DNA of 64,000 nt from Tubulanus polymorphus (taxonomy: Eukaryota; Animalia; Nemertea): assembly GCF_964204645.1 (NCBI RefSeq), contig NC_134028.1, forward strand, positions 10,850,001 to 10,914,000, read 5' to 3'. Positions 1-11,676 of this stretch are shown piece after piece. Made by a program: the position numbers and the translations under genes. The notes below the pieces were generated by a model, which was not told the DNA's origin, did not search any database, and saw nothing but the letters and a program-made list of their open reading frames with translations. Position 1 is the first letter of the stretch. Each line of letters begins with the position of its first letter.

Positions 1-2756
1 ATAATTTATCAAAAAGTTTAGTTGATAATGATTTTGTTATAACTCGATATTATTATCCAAATAAACAAGATTTTAATTTATTGAGATCAATTAAAAGAGG
101 AGTATGTGAAGTGTTTAATAGAACATTAAATATTTGGAACCATTTTAAGATGAAAAATCATGGTGAATTAGTAGATTTATATTTAAAATCAGATGTTATG
201 ATATTGGCTGACATATTTGAAAAATTTAGAGAAGTTAATTTGAATCATTTTAATGTTGATCCTTGTTATTGCTACTCTAGTCCTGGTTTAACCTGGCAAT
301 GTGGTTTAAAATACACAAATGTAGAATTAGATTTATTAAAAGAACCAGACATGGTTTTATTATTTGAAAAATCAATTAGAGGTGGAATTAGTGGTGTTAT
401 GGGAGATAGATATTTTAAAGCAAATGATGAATATAAATTATCATATATTGACGCCAATAATTTATATGGTCGGGCAATGATGCAACATCAACCATATAAA
501 AATTTTATATTAACAGAAGTTGAAAATGATGATAAAACTGATTGGGAAAGCGCAATTGCGAGTTTAAAAGATGAAGCACCAATTGGTTATTTCTTTGTAG
601 TTGATTTAGAATATCCTGAAAATATAAAGTTTAAAACAAGAAACTTACCTTATTGCCCAGAACATTTAACTGTAGATGATAGTTATTTAAGTGAATACCA
701 GAAGAAAATAAAACCGAAAGATCATGTTTTACAGAAAAATTAATACTTACTCAAAATAATAAATACAATATCGTTCATTATAGAATATTAAAATTTTATC
801 TAAAACAAGGAATGAAATTAAAGAAAGTACATGGATATATTGAATTTAATCAATCGAAGTGGTTAGAAAAATATATAGATTTCAATACTCAACAGAGAAC
901 CATATCAAAAACAGATTTTGAAAAAGATTTCTTCAAATTAATGAACAATAGTTTTTATGGTAAAACATGCGAACATATTAGAAATAGAAATGATATTGAA
1001 TTAGTAAATAATTCTAAAAGATTAAGACATTTACAATCAAGTCCTAGACATTTAGGAAATAAAAGATTTGAAGATTATTTAACAGCAGTTAAATTAAAAA
1101 GAACGTCAATGAAATTTAATAAACCTATATTCATTGGTTCAACTGTTTTAGAAGTATCAAAATTATTAATGTATGATTTTTATTATAATGTTTTACAACC
1201 ACTTTTTGGGGAAAAGCATATTGAAATATTATATTTTGATTCTGTAACAGCTGACACCCCAATATTATTAAAATGTAATGATAAAATATTAATTAGAAGA
1301 ATTTCAGAAATAATTCCAAAACAAAATGAATGTTATATTTCATATGGTGAAAAAGAATTAATACAAATAAATGGATTAATGGATGTTTGGAAAAGAAATG
1401 TATGGAAAAAATTAAAGAATATTATTAGACATAAAACAAATAAGAAAATCTATAGAGTTAGAACTAAATTAGGATTTGTAGATGTTACAGAAGATCATAG
1501 TTTAATTAAACGAAATGGCGATGAAATAAAACCAACTGATATAAAAATTGGAGATGAATTATTACATAAAAGATTTTTCCAAAGAATGAATCATATGTCA
1601 TTTGATGCAATTATTGATAATATTTATAATATAGAACCTGAAACATTAGAAGAAAAAGAATATTTTATCAAAGGATTTTTCATGGGTGATGGTTCAGCAG
1701 GTTTGTATAATTATGTTTGGGGTAATAAATATTGTTGGTATTTATGCAATCAAGACTTAAAATTATTAGAAAGAATTAAGAAATTCTGTGAAGAAGTATA
1801 TCCAAATAAAACATTTAAAATCATGGATGTTATGAAATCATCAGCAGTTTATAGAATACTTGTAAATAATCCTAAAGATTTTGCTATAAAATATAATGAT
1901 GAATTCTATATTCATGCAATAGTGAAAAGTAATACTTCAACAAAAGAAAGGATAGTACCAGATTATGTATTAAATGCAAAAAATAATTTAAGAAAGTGGT
2001 TCTTCATTGGATTCTATGCCGCAGATGGCACTAAAAAATTTACAAAGGATAAAAAGATAACCTTTGCACAGAAAGGAAAAGTTGCTATATCAGGATTAAA
2101 TATATTATGCAGTCCATTAGGATTTAATATGAATACAGAATTAATTAAAACTAAACCAAATTGTTTTAATTTAAGGCATGTAGAAAAAGAATTAACAGAA
2201 GAAGTTAAAGATTTATTTGAAATATATAACCCATCAGATTATGTTTATGATTTATCAACTGAAGATGGTACATTTTTAACTGTGGATTTCCATTAATTGC
2301 AAAAAATACTGATGCGTACATACTAAAAATCAAGACAAATGACATAACAAAAGACTTAAAAACATTAAAACATCATTTTGATTTTAGCAATTATCCCAAA
2401 GATCATGAACTATTTAGCAATGATAATAAAAAGATTCCTGGTAAGTTGAATTAGGGGGTGATGAAATGATTGAATTTGTTGGGATAAGAAGTAAAATGTA
2501 TAGTTACAGAACAAAAGATCATGAAGCTAAAAAGTTAAAAGGAATAACAAAACATGTGGTTGTTAAACATATAGAATTTCAAGATTATATAAAGTGTTTA
2601 TATAACTCAATTGTAATGAAACACAAAATAAATTGTTTAAGATCAGAAGATCACGAGATGTACATTAATGAAGTTGAAAAAACTAGTTTGAATCCATTTG
2701 ATGATAAAAGGCATATTTTAGATGATGGTATAAAAACATTACCTTATGGCCATTAA
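1..2756 (+). pseudogene. polB: Protein-primed family B DNA polymerase (pPolB), frameshifted, intein-containing, 5' part outside window
   Basis: Motifs YLKSDVMILAD, SIRGG, YIDANNLYG, FFKLMNNSFYGKT, YFD|...|TD, FVGIRSKMY, KLKGI and FDDKR are spread over ORFs 81-743, 812-2296, an unlisted frame at 2281-2450, and 2466-2756. Confidence 0.93.
1241..2307 (+). mobile_element. Intein (~355 aa) with LAGLIDADG homing endonuclease, inserted at the PolB catalytic YxD|TD (pol-c type) site
   Basis: Begins YFD|SVTADTPILL (block A). Block B VDVTEDHSL. LAGLIDADG-like motifs IKGFFMGDG and FFIGFYAADG. Block F YVYDLSTEDGTF. After a frameshift in the T-run near 2275 it ends CGFPLIAKN|TD (terminal Asn, +1 Thr). 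Confidence 0.92.
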
Positions 2757-4081
2757 AACAGAAAATCAATATCATCATACTCGAAATCACTATTGGCTTC
2801 TTCATTTTCATTTAATTGTTCTTGTATAATTTGTTTAGGTTCTTCCATTTCATTTTTCTCATTTAAATAAAGTTCTATCTTGTACCACATTTCATCTCGC
2901 TCTCTTTGTTTCTTTTTGTTTGTTAATTCGTCAAATGGAATTATAATATCGATGTTCAAATAATTTACAATCATATTTAAAAAGAATTCATAATTAATTG
3001 AATCTGTTATTCTATTTTCCAAATGATACATTAATATTTGTTTGAATATTTTTTTTATATTTTCCATATCTTCTTCTGTTAATTTAGGTTTTTCATAATA
3101 ATCGTTAAATAATAAATATAAATACATTTTCTTTTGTTTTGTGTTAAATGATGATGGAATAATTGTTTTTATAATATCTTTTTTAGTTATTTCACCATTT
3201 TTATTTTCTATTATTTTCATTTTTTCAAGCCATTGCATATATTCTGGTGTATGATCTTCTATAGAAAATATTTTAAAAATTTCATCTAGATAATTTAATT
3301 TTGGTTCCATGAGAAAATCTCTAGTTTTTTCATCACCCCATAAATTCTTTTGCCATCCACATTCATTACAAAATAACACAGTACCTTCTTGTCTTAAGGT
3401 CGCATAACTACATTGTGGGCACTTTCGTTTATAATTTATAAGTAATAGATCTTCATTAAGCTCTTGGTATTTTCTTACGTTTTCTTTATGTTTTATTGTT
3501 CTATTATGTAGATTTAAATTACTTGTGGTAATAATCAATTTACAATATTTACAATAATATGTTTTTCTTGTTAATTCATTATATTGTTTTTCTAACTTTT
3601 CAACTGTTTCTTTATTATCTGGTAACGTTTTCTCATATTTTATTTTTTCTAATGAACTATTTTTTCTTTCATTGAATTCTACTTCAAATTTATTAGAAAT
3701 TTTATCTATATGTACTTTACGAAATTGATGATTCTCCCAATCTTCTATATTTTCAGGGCTATATTTTATTTGACAAGGCTCGCAGAAATGATCTTTTATA
3801 TTATCCTTGTCATAGAACAAGAAAGGTCTTTTCCAAATAATTTCAGGTTCAACTTCAGCAAAATTACTATTACTTTCATTAATATCAACATTAGCCGTTG
3901 TGCCATTAATTTTACACTTCTCTGAATGTTTTTTAACATAATTTCTCGAGAATAATTTATTACATTTTGGGCAGTTTATTTTAGGGGGTTTATAATTTTC
4001 ATCATGTTTTTTCATATGTCGAGCCATATTACTTTTTGTTAGAAGTTCACCACAAATTTCACATGCTGTCTTCTAATCCAT
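2753..4081 (-). CDS. Multi-zinc-finger protein with C-terminal VLTF3-like (NCLDV late transcription factor) domain; original ATG at 4081 is followed by an early stop
   Basis: C2H2-like fingers (CEICG...RHMKKH; CKYCK...HNRTIKH), zinc ribbon CPQC-x13-CNECG, and a C-terminal INYEFFL...KKKQRERDEMWYKI segment resembling the VLTF3 C-terminus (recalled pattern). Confidence 0.6.
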
Positions 4082-4149
4082 TTATTTAGGAAAAATTTTA
4101 TTAAGATTAATTTTTAGTGATGAGCGGTAATTTTTTTATGTTATAAATA

Positions 4150-4909
4150 ATGGTAGAATTAAAAGAATACAGAATATTTGTTGATTCTAGAAAACTTACA
4201 AATTATAAATCACATAATTTATTAGTACAATTAGATAGAGAATTTAAGAATTGTGTAGATTTAAAATTAGTAAATATAAGTTTATGTAATTCTTTTTATA
4301 ATGTATCGGATAAAAGTCTAGAACATTCAATTTTTTCAATCTTTTACAAAAAAAAGGAATAAATGGTTTTTTATATATTTAAAACCAGGATTATATAATT
4401 TAGATACATTAGCACAAGAAATTAATAGAAAAGCTCGAGCTAAATTAGGAAGTGATTCCGGATTTAGTATTAGAATTTTAAAAAGTGATAGTTCTAATAA
4501 AATAAAGATTAGGTTAGCTAATGACGAACAATTTAAATTTACAGTAAGAAAACCTTTAGGTAAACTGTTAGGAATAAACCCAGATATTGTTACAGCATAC
4601 GCAGAAGGTAGATCAAACTTAATACCTTACACACATTTTTATATTTATTGCAATTTAATTAATCCTACAAAAACATTTGAAGCAACTAAAGATACAATTT
4701 GTAATTCTAGTATATTAAATATTTTACCATTAAAAAATGTTAAACAATTTGGAACGCAAATAAATTATAATTTAGCTGAATGTGATTTTAAACCTTGTAT
4801 TCCACATTTCAATAATTTTAAATTAGAAATAAGAAATCATAATGGTTATTTAATTGATTTGAATAACTTTCCTGTAACATATGAATTAGTTATAAGATGT
4901 AAAGAGTAA
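4150..4909 (+). pseudogene. Putative minor capsid (penton) protein, frameshifted near 4350-4380
   Basis: Joined frames give ~250 aa with IFVDS, NSFYNV, PGLYN, FYIYCNLI and EIRNHNGYLIDLNNFPVTYEL, the usual Polinton penton pattern. Confidence 0.7.
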
Positions 4910-4985
4910 TTTTTTCATTATATAAATGAATATAACTGTTTGACCGAGTATATGTTTTGGATTTGATTTTAAACGTGAGAAAGAA

Positions 4986-5282
4986 ATGAAATTTGATATT
5001 AATGATGTAATAACACATATTAAAAATATTGCATTTTCTAATGAAACAACATTTGAATATGAAACAACAATAAATAAAGAAACTATAAATGTAGAAAAGA
5101 TTACTAATTTAATTAGAAAATCTTTAAGATTTTATGAATTAGATGAAGATTTTATCATAGATGATATTAAAAACATATTAACCAAAATATATGATAATCA
5201 TAAAAGTAGTAATGAAATAAATGTTGAAATAATCATAAATAAGATAACTAAATATTTTGAAGATAGTAATTTTTTTGATTAA
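4986..5282 (+). CDS. Hypothetical Polinton protein (upstream TAAATG at 4926 followed by a stop)
   Basis: Short ORF in the co-oriented gene array. Confidence 0.4.
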   Translation: MKFDINDVITHIKNIAFSNETTFEYETTINKETINVEKITNLIRKSLRFYELDEDFIIDDIKNILTKIYDNHKSSNEINVEIIINKITKYFEDSNFFD

Positions 5283-5285
5283 TTA

Positions 5286-5507
5286 ATGAGTGGTAATAAG
5301 TGGATAATAACTGGATTATATAATGGAGCATTACTATCAGTTGGAACTGTTGGTTATTCAATGGTATTAAAAAAAGTATTCAAAATGGAAAGTGTTAATG
5401 TTGATAGATTTGATATAAATGACATCTTAAAATTAACATTAGCAGTTACTTTATCTAATTTAACTATTGATTATTTGGAAAAACAAAAATATATTCCTCC
5501 CATATAA
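5286..5507 (+). CDS. Small hydrophobic Polinton protein (73 aa)
   Basis: Intact ORF with two hydrophobic helices, preceded by the T-run/TAATG motif. Confidence 0.6.
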   Translation: MSGNKWIITGLYNGALLSVGTVGYSMVLKKVFKMESVNVDRFDINDILKLTLAVTLSNLTIDYLEKQKYIPPI

Positions 5508-5531
5508 ATACATAATTATTTTACTAAATAA

Positions 5532-5953
5532 ATGGCTTCTGCAGTTATAACTATTATAGGATCGGCAATTGTTAACGCTTTAGCTTTACTGGTGGGGGTT
5601 ATTTATTTAAACATATTGATAAAAATGGATAATTAACAGAACAAAAAAGACATAACTTAGCATTAGAGAAATACACTAAAACAGCAGAAGAATATAGAGA
5701 AAAGAGACAAAACTATATGGATTATATTAACAAGGAATTATATGATCAGAAGATTTCACATAGAGATTTTCAATCAGTTGATGATGCAATGAGTTTATAT
5801 AACGCGGTAACCAATAAAGAAAAATTACATCTACATAAACCTACAATATCAGATTATTATACCCCGAGTAATGAACAGAAGAAATATGAAATAATATGGA
5901 TTTTAGGTGGAACTGTTATTGTTATATTTGTTGCTTATAAGTTTACTAATTAG
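5532..5953 (+). pseudogene. Small membrane-anchored coiled-coil protein (MASAVITIIGSAIVNALAF...EQKRHNLALE...C-terminal TM)
   Basis: TAAATG start at 5532; frameshift and stop before listed ORF 5717-5953; C-terminal hydrophobic helix. Confidence 0.6.
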
Positions 5954-5973
5954 TAATTTTTTTTGCTAAACAA

Positions 5974-6420
5974 ATGGATGATAAAGATAATATTGATATT
6001 ATTCCTCATGATATAAATAAAACTAAATTAAAAATATATTTAGAAAAACAAATATTAGAATTTGAAAGTGACTTAAAAGTTAAAAAGAAAAAATATATAA
6101 AATCTAAAATTATATATTAAAATTATATATTAAAATTATATATTATTTGATTATAAGTGGTTCGGTTACAATTAGTTCTGTAATAACATTTCTAGCAATA
6201 TTTTCACCATTAACACCTTTAAGCTATATCAATTGGTGTATTAGGATTAAGTTCAAGTGTTTTAACTGGTATAAGTTCAAAATTAAATATAAAAAGTAAT
6301 AAAGAAAAAATTAAAACTAATATAAAAGAAATTAATAAATTGAAGAATACACTAGATTATACAATAAGTTTAAATGGCCATATAACAGTTGAAGAACAAG
6401 ATAAATTATTAAAATTAATA
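5974..6420 (+). pseudogene. Two-TM coiled-coil Polinton protein disrupted by a 13-bp triplication (TAAAATTATATAT) near 6106-6145
   Basis: ATG at 5974; hydrophobic stretches ILIISGSVTISSVITFLAIF and IGVLGLSSSVLTG are read across frames. Confidence 0.45.
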
Positions 6421-7355
6421 TTAGATGAATTAGAATGTCCTTTACCAGGTTCAAAATATTTTAAAGAATTGAATAATAATATTAATTTTTCTAAGTTTTA
6501 TAAAATATGTAATGAATTTAATATTAATTCAAATAAAGATTTTAGAGCAAAAATTGGAACAATGGGTGGATTAGGAATATTATATACTAAAGAATTTGGA
6601 AAAATAATGAAATTCAGATATAAGAACATTAAATTTGAATGAATTACCAAAATATTATGATAATATACAACAACAAAATAATAATGGTTGGGTTTATTTC
6701 ATTTTAGAAAATAGTGAAGGTTTTACTAAAGCTGGTATACAAAGAATAAATCAATCAATTAGAACTTATTTGATATGTATTTTAGGTGCGCAAGTTGAAA
6801 CAAGATCGCCAATAGTTGGAAATGATAACACTTCATTCGATGCGCAGAAACAATTCAAAGTATTATTTGAAGATTCCATTCATAATGATAAAAATAGATC
6901 GATTCCAGAAAACATTGTAAGATATCAAAATTCTTTAGATAAATCACATATTAGACTAAATTATTATATAGGCCCTAATCTATTAATTATTTCTAATGAT
7001 TTAGTATTAAAGATGGGAAATATAATTGGTTACAATAATCTAATTAAAACTGCAACAATAAATAATTCATTTGGATTAAATGATATAAATAAAAAGATTA
7101 TTACTGCTCCAAAATTAATGGAAGGTGAAAAAAAATAAAAAACATATTCAATCAACAGAAACTAAAACTAAGAATATTAAATTAAATAATGATTCTAAAA
7201 TAAAAGATTGTAATACATCAGAAAATATTAAAACTGATAATATTCAACATGATATAATTAAAACTGATAATGATAATAAATCCCATGAAAATACTAAATT
7301 AGCTTTAACTTGTATAGGAATTGTTATAGGAGCAATATTATATTTTAAATTTTAA
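6410..7355 (+). pseudogene. Polinton structural/membrane protein of unknown function, frameshifted
   Basis: Pieces ILDELECPLPG, GWVYFILENSEGFTKAGIQRINQSIRTYLICILGAQVETR, FDAQKQF and a C-terminal TM helix across ORFs 6340-6642, 6635-7138 and 7125-7355. Confidence 0.55.
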
Positions 7356-7371
7356 TTTTTTTATTATATAA

Positions 7372-9059
7372 ATGGATGTAGAAGGTGAAGATATTGGAAT
7401 GTATAATTTTGACAATAACATTTGCTCCTGAAAATGAAATTGTAATATCTAGCGTTGATAAAGATATGAGTTATAAATTATCGAATATATGTTTAGAATA
7501 TGACACAGTAACTGATGAAAATATTTCAAGTATAATTCAAACTCAATACAATCAAGGATTTTCATTATTATATGATTATATTGATAAATTTAAAACTGTA
7601 ACTATTAATGCAAATGATGAAATTATTAATGAGAATATTAACTTCCCAAGAAGATAATTTTGATGAACCTGGCATAACTGATGAACAACAACCTGATTTT
7701 AGTGAAACAAGTTTTAATGGCGGTAATGAGCCAGAATATAATAATAATTTAAATATGCCTGATTATATTAAAAATGCAGAATCACAATTAAATCCTGAAA
7801 ATTTAGACCCAGATTTAGTAAAACAAGATTTAGATAATTTAAACAAAATACCTAAATTAGAACGTATAATTGAAAATTCTAAACTTAACATAAATGATGA
7901 AGACGTTGGACCTTTAGCAGATCAATTAAAATTTTTAGATAATGGTAAGTGGTATTATCATTTGAAAGGTATTTATTATATTGATATCACTTATAAAAAT
8001 AATAAAAATAAAATATTAACAAAATCAACTTTGAGTGATTTAGATCCAGATAGAATTAAAAGAATTAGTAATAGTAATGTAATAACTGATGTTATAAAAC
8101 AAGAATTAACTGATAATGATATAGACGTATTTAAACAAAGAATTAATGAATTATTTGAAATAATCAAAAAGAAATCAGAAACAGAAACAACTTCTGAACA
8201 GAATATAACTTCCAAAACTAGTAAACTTAAATCAAATAAAGTTCCAATTGAAAAACTTTTACCGAATGGATTAATTGATGCAACAGATCAAGAATTAGAA
8301 GGTTTGAATAATATATTTTCTGTTGAAGCAATTAGAGAAATTAAAAGTATAAGACTTGCATCCGATAAAATTGCGCATGATAAAAGTATAAGAGATTTTA
8401 AAATTAGAACTTTAGAAAAAGAATTAACTGATAAAAATAAAGAAATAGAACAATTAAAGTCTGATTTAGATCATCAAGTAATTGATGAAATAGAATATAG
8501 GCAAAAAGAATTACGATTAGAAAAAGAAATTAATAATTTAAAAGATAATTTAGAAGTACAGAAAGAAGAAATTAAATTATTATTAAAATCATATGATTAT
8601 AATATTAATAGATTAAAAGTTATTTTTAAAGATTTGTTGATTAAACCAAATTCTGAAATATCATTGAAAGATAGAATAAAGTTAGTATTTAAATTAGAAG
8701 GAATAACAATTCTTTCAATTTTAACAGCTGTAACTATGTTATTTACAACAATTGGTTTAGCTTTATCAAATGCTTTAAAATCTACTCCTACTCCCAATAA
8801 ACCAGATAAACCCCCGAATGATAATAATTCTATACAAGATAAAGTTAAAGATGGTTTAAAGAAATTAGCAAAATATTTATGGGAACTATCTAAAAAACCT
8901 GCTGCAGCTTTACCAGGAATTATTGCATCAATTGTTGGTTTTATATTGAAATCTGCTGGGAATATTCTTAACTTTGCTGCTGAACATATTATTTTATTTT
9001 TAATTACAGTTGTAAGTGCAATTATTTTTGGGTTAGTAAACATGATCAAAAATAAATAA
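7372..9059 (+). CDS. Coiled-coil protein with C-terminal hydrophobic/amphipathic helices; 5' end interrupted by an inserted capsid-gene fragment
   Basis: TAAATG start at 7372 (MDVEGEDIG); long heptad region; hydrophobic segments ITILSILTAVTMLFTTIGLAL and ALPGIIASIVGFIL...IILFLITVV. Confidence 0.65.
7414..7655 (+). repeat. 242-bp copy of major capsid gene segment 9634-9875
   Basis: Identical apart from one base seen (7431 vs 9651); flanked by ATAATTTTGA at 7403-7412 and 7654-7663. Confidence 0.9.
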
Positions 9060-9079
9060 TTAATTTTTTTGTTAAATAA

Positions 9080-10327
9080 ATGAGTGGGAGTTATATCAAT
9101 CCTTCTAAGAATCATAGAATATCTAATGCTATTAAAGCAGAAAGATCACATCATATAATTACTCATAACTCTTCTAATATTAATCCCGATGAAACTTTAT
9201 ATGTTAGAATTCCTCGATTAACACAAAATACTTTTTATGTTCCAAATAGTATTTATTTATCAGCCGATATAAAAGTAACCGGTAATAATAATAATTATGT
9301 TGTCGATAATGTTGGAAGATATTTGATTAAAAAATTAACTATAAAGATTGGTCCAGAAACAGTTTTCTCATTAGATGATTATAATTTATTCATGCATTAT
9401 AAAGATTTATGGTTAACTAAAGAAAATAGAAATAATATGATATTTCAAGGCATCCAATCAGAAAACCAAAATAAATTAAGATCAGAAGCTAATAGCGCAA
9501 TATTAACTAATGCCGTAGATAAATTGATAAAAAGTATATATGGAATCAAATATAAAATTCCATTAGACTTTGAATTGATAAATAACAATGCACCTTTATA
9601 TAAATACGCAATTCAAGAAGACGTTATATTCGAAATAACATTTGCTCCTGTAAATGAAATTGTAATATCTAGCGTTGATAAAGATATGAGTTATAAATTA
9701 TCGAATATATGTTTAGAATATGACACAGTAACTGATGAAAATATTTCAAGTATAATTCAAACTCAATACAATCAAGGATTTTCATTATTATATGATTATA
9801 TTGATAAATTTAAAACTGTAACTATTAATGCAAATGATGAAATTATTAATGAGAATATTAACTTCCCAAGAAGATCTATTAAAGGTATATTAATATTTTT
9901 TACCATTGCAACATATAATAATGGTGCAATAAATGTTGATAATTATTGTAATCCTGAAATAACAAAAGTAGAAATAACTATCGAAGGAATAGCAAATAAA
10001 ATATTTTGTCAAGGAATGAGAATGATTGATCAATGGCCAGAAATTAGAAAACATTTTATGAATGAAAAAGTAAAATCATCTGAAAATTGTAACATTAATC
10101 AAATTGATTATTATACCGGTAATAAATATGCATTATGGTTAGATTTTAGAACAACAGAGGATAATTCATTACATGGTTCTGGAAAAAAACTACAGAACAC
10201 TAAAGATGGAATACAATTATTCATGACAAAGAATAAAGGAATCAAAAATTTTAAAATGCACATTTATATTATATCTGACGCACAATTAAATATTGTAAAT
10301 TGTCAATTAAATAGTGTTACGTATTAA
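9080..10327 (+). CDS. Putative major capsid protein (double jelly-roll), intact 415 aa
   Basis: Size, beta-rich composition, LSNICLEYD and LWLDFR segments, and position in the structural module. Confidence 0.75.
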   Translation: MSGSYINPSKNHRISNAIKAERSHHIITHNSSNINPDETLYVRIPRLTQNTFYVPNSIYLSADIKVTGNNNNYVVDNVGRYLIKKLTIKIGPETVFSLDDYNLFMHYKDLWLTKENRNNMIFQGIQSENQNKLRSEANSAILTNAVDKLIKSIYGIKYKIPLDFELINNNAPLYKYAIQEDVIFEITFAPVNEIVISSVDKDMSYKLSNICLEYDTVTDENISSIIQTQYNQGFSLLYDYIDKFKTVTINANDEIINENINFPRRSIKGILIFFTIATYNNGAINVDNYCNPEITKVEITIEGIANKIFCQGMRMIDQWPEIRKHFMNEKVKSSENCNINQIDYYTGNKYALWLDFRTTEDNSLHGSGKKLQNTKDGIQLFMTKNKGIKNFKMHIYIISDAQLNIVNCQLNSVTY

Positions 10328-10550
10328 AATTTTAACTTTAATAAAAATTTATATAATAAATGGAAGGAGGTTAAGTATATAAACATATTCCATACATCGA
10401 TACACATGAAAATAATGATGGTTTATATTATGTAATACCTTGTAATATAGCTTTGATATTTGATCCTATTTTCAAAATTTATAAAACTAAACTAATAGAA
10501 ATCGATAATAATAAAAGTGGTGTTGTTGATAATTTAAGTAATGTAATTGA

Positions 10551-10702
10551 TAATAATGTAATACCTTCTACATCTAATAATGTAATACCTACTACATCTA
10601 ATAATGTAATACCTACTACATCTAATAATGTAATACCTTCTACATCTAATAATGTTATACCTTCTACATCTAATAATGTAATACCTTCTACATCTAATAA
10701 TG
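10551..10702 (+). repeat. Coding 24-bp tandem repeat (x6), NNVIP(S/T)TS
   Basis: AATAATGTAATACCT(T/A)CTACATCT units. Confidence 0.9.
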
Positions 10703-10993
10703 AAATAATATTAAATGTTAGTGAAAATAGAAATTATTGTGATTATTGTAAAGGCGAATTTTCAAACGCTCCATCAAATTGGAATAATCATATGAATACA
10801 AATTCACATATTACTAATGTTATAAAACGTGTTGGATGAAGAACACCTAATAAAGATGAATTAGATTTAACCGATGCTATTAAATTAGAATCAAACATTG
10901 TAAATGAAATATTAGGAGCAAACACTAATAAAGATAATAACGAAAATGGCGCCGTATGGCACCCACATGGTGATATAGTTACAGATAAGCATA

Positions 10994-11238
10994 AGATAAA
11001 ATCCCACTATTTACAGATTAAAAGAATTTAAAAACAAGAATTTATTTATTAAATCTAAAATATTTAAAAGACACGACGTTTCGATCTCACCCTAGAGATC
11101 GGTGAGATCGAAACGTCGTGTCTTTAAAATATTTTAGATTTAATAAATAAATTCTTGTTTTTAAATTCTTTTAATCTGTAAATAGTGGGATTTTATCTTA
11201 TTATCCGTTCACCACGTTTGAGTGTGGTCATCGTTCTA
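10994..11238. mobile_element. Palindromic Penelope-like pLTR remnant with partial hammerhead motif and 14-bp TSD
   Basis: ~105-bp inverted arms; GATCTC-N6-GAGATC-GAAACGTC followed by AATAAA; TACAGATAAGCATA at 10980-10993 and 11239-11252. Confidence 0.7.
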
Positions 11239-11562
11239 TACAGATAAGCATATTGATAATAAAGATTCTATGAAACTTGAATCAGAAAATAAAGATATAG
11301 TTGAGATGACTAATAAGTATATCAATAAACCAATTATTTATGAAGATACGGTAAAAAGGGTAAAGAATAAGTACACAAATAATAAAGAATTTGAAGAAGA
11401 AAATTCGGTAGAGAATTTGAATAGATTGTTAGGGTCTGATGATGAATTGGAGAGTGATGATGAAAGTGATTCAGAAAGTGATTATCTAACACTCAAAAAG
11501 TAATAAACGTTGAAAATTGTATAAAATAATAGTAAATAAAAAAGGGGGTTTTAAGTATTAAG

Positions 11563-11676
11563 GTATCTAATACGTATCTAATACGTATCTAATACGTATT
11601 TAATACATATCTAATACGTATCTAATACGTATCTAATACATATCTAATACGTATCTAATACGTATTTAATACGTAT
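11563..11676. repeat. 11-bp tandem repeat (TATCTAATACG ~x10) between convergent genes; shorter copies near 11847-11882 and 14237-14272
   Basis: Read directly; each array follows AAAAAGGGGGTTTTAAG. Confidence 0.9.

Larger units (their letters stand above)
10360..11503 (+). pseudogene. Zinc-finger/repeat protein disrupted by stops and by a hairpin insertion
   Basis: TAAATG at 10360; NNVIPSTS repeats; YCDYC...NNHMNTNSH finger; the frame GDIVTDKH|IDNKDS is restored by removing the 10994-11252 insertion. Confidence 0.6.

Noticed and set aside
81-130. EVFNRTL as the missing integrase ERFNRTL motif
   Set aside because: It sits in frame within the PolB exonuclease region on the opposite strand; coincidental.
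7385-7657. 90-aa ORF as a second small capsid gene
   Set aside because: It is just the duplicated capsid fragment inserted into another gene.
8597-9115. Antisense ORFs over long genes (also 7991-8215, 19330-19614, 54570-54959, 62433-62687)
   Set aside because: Shadow frames of real coding sequence.
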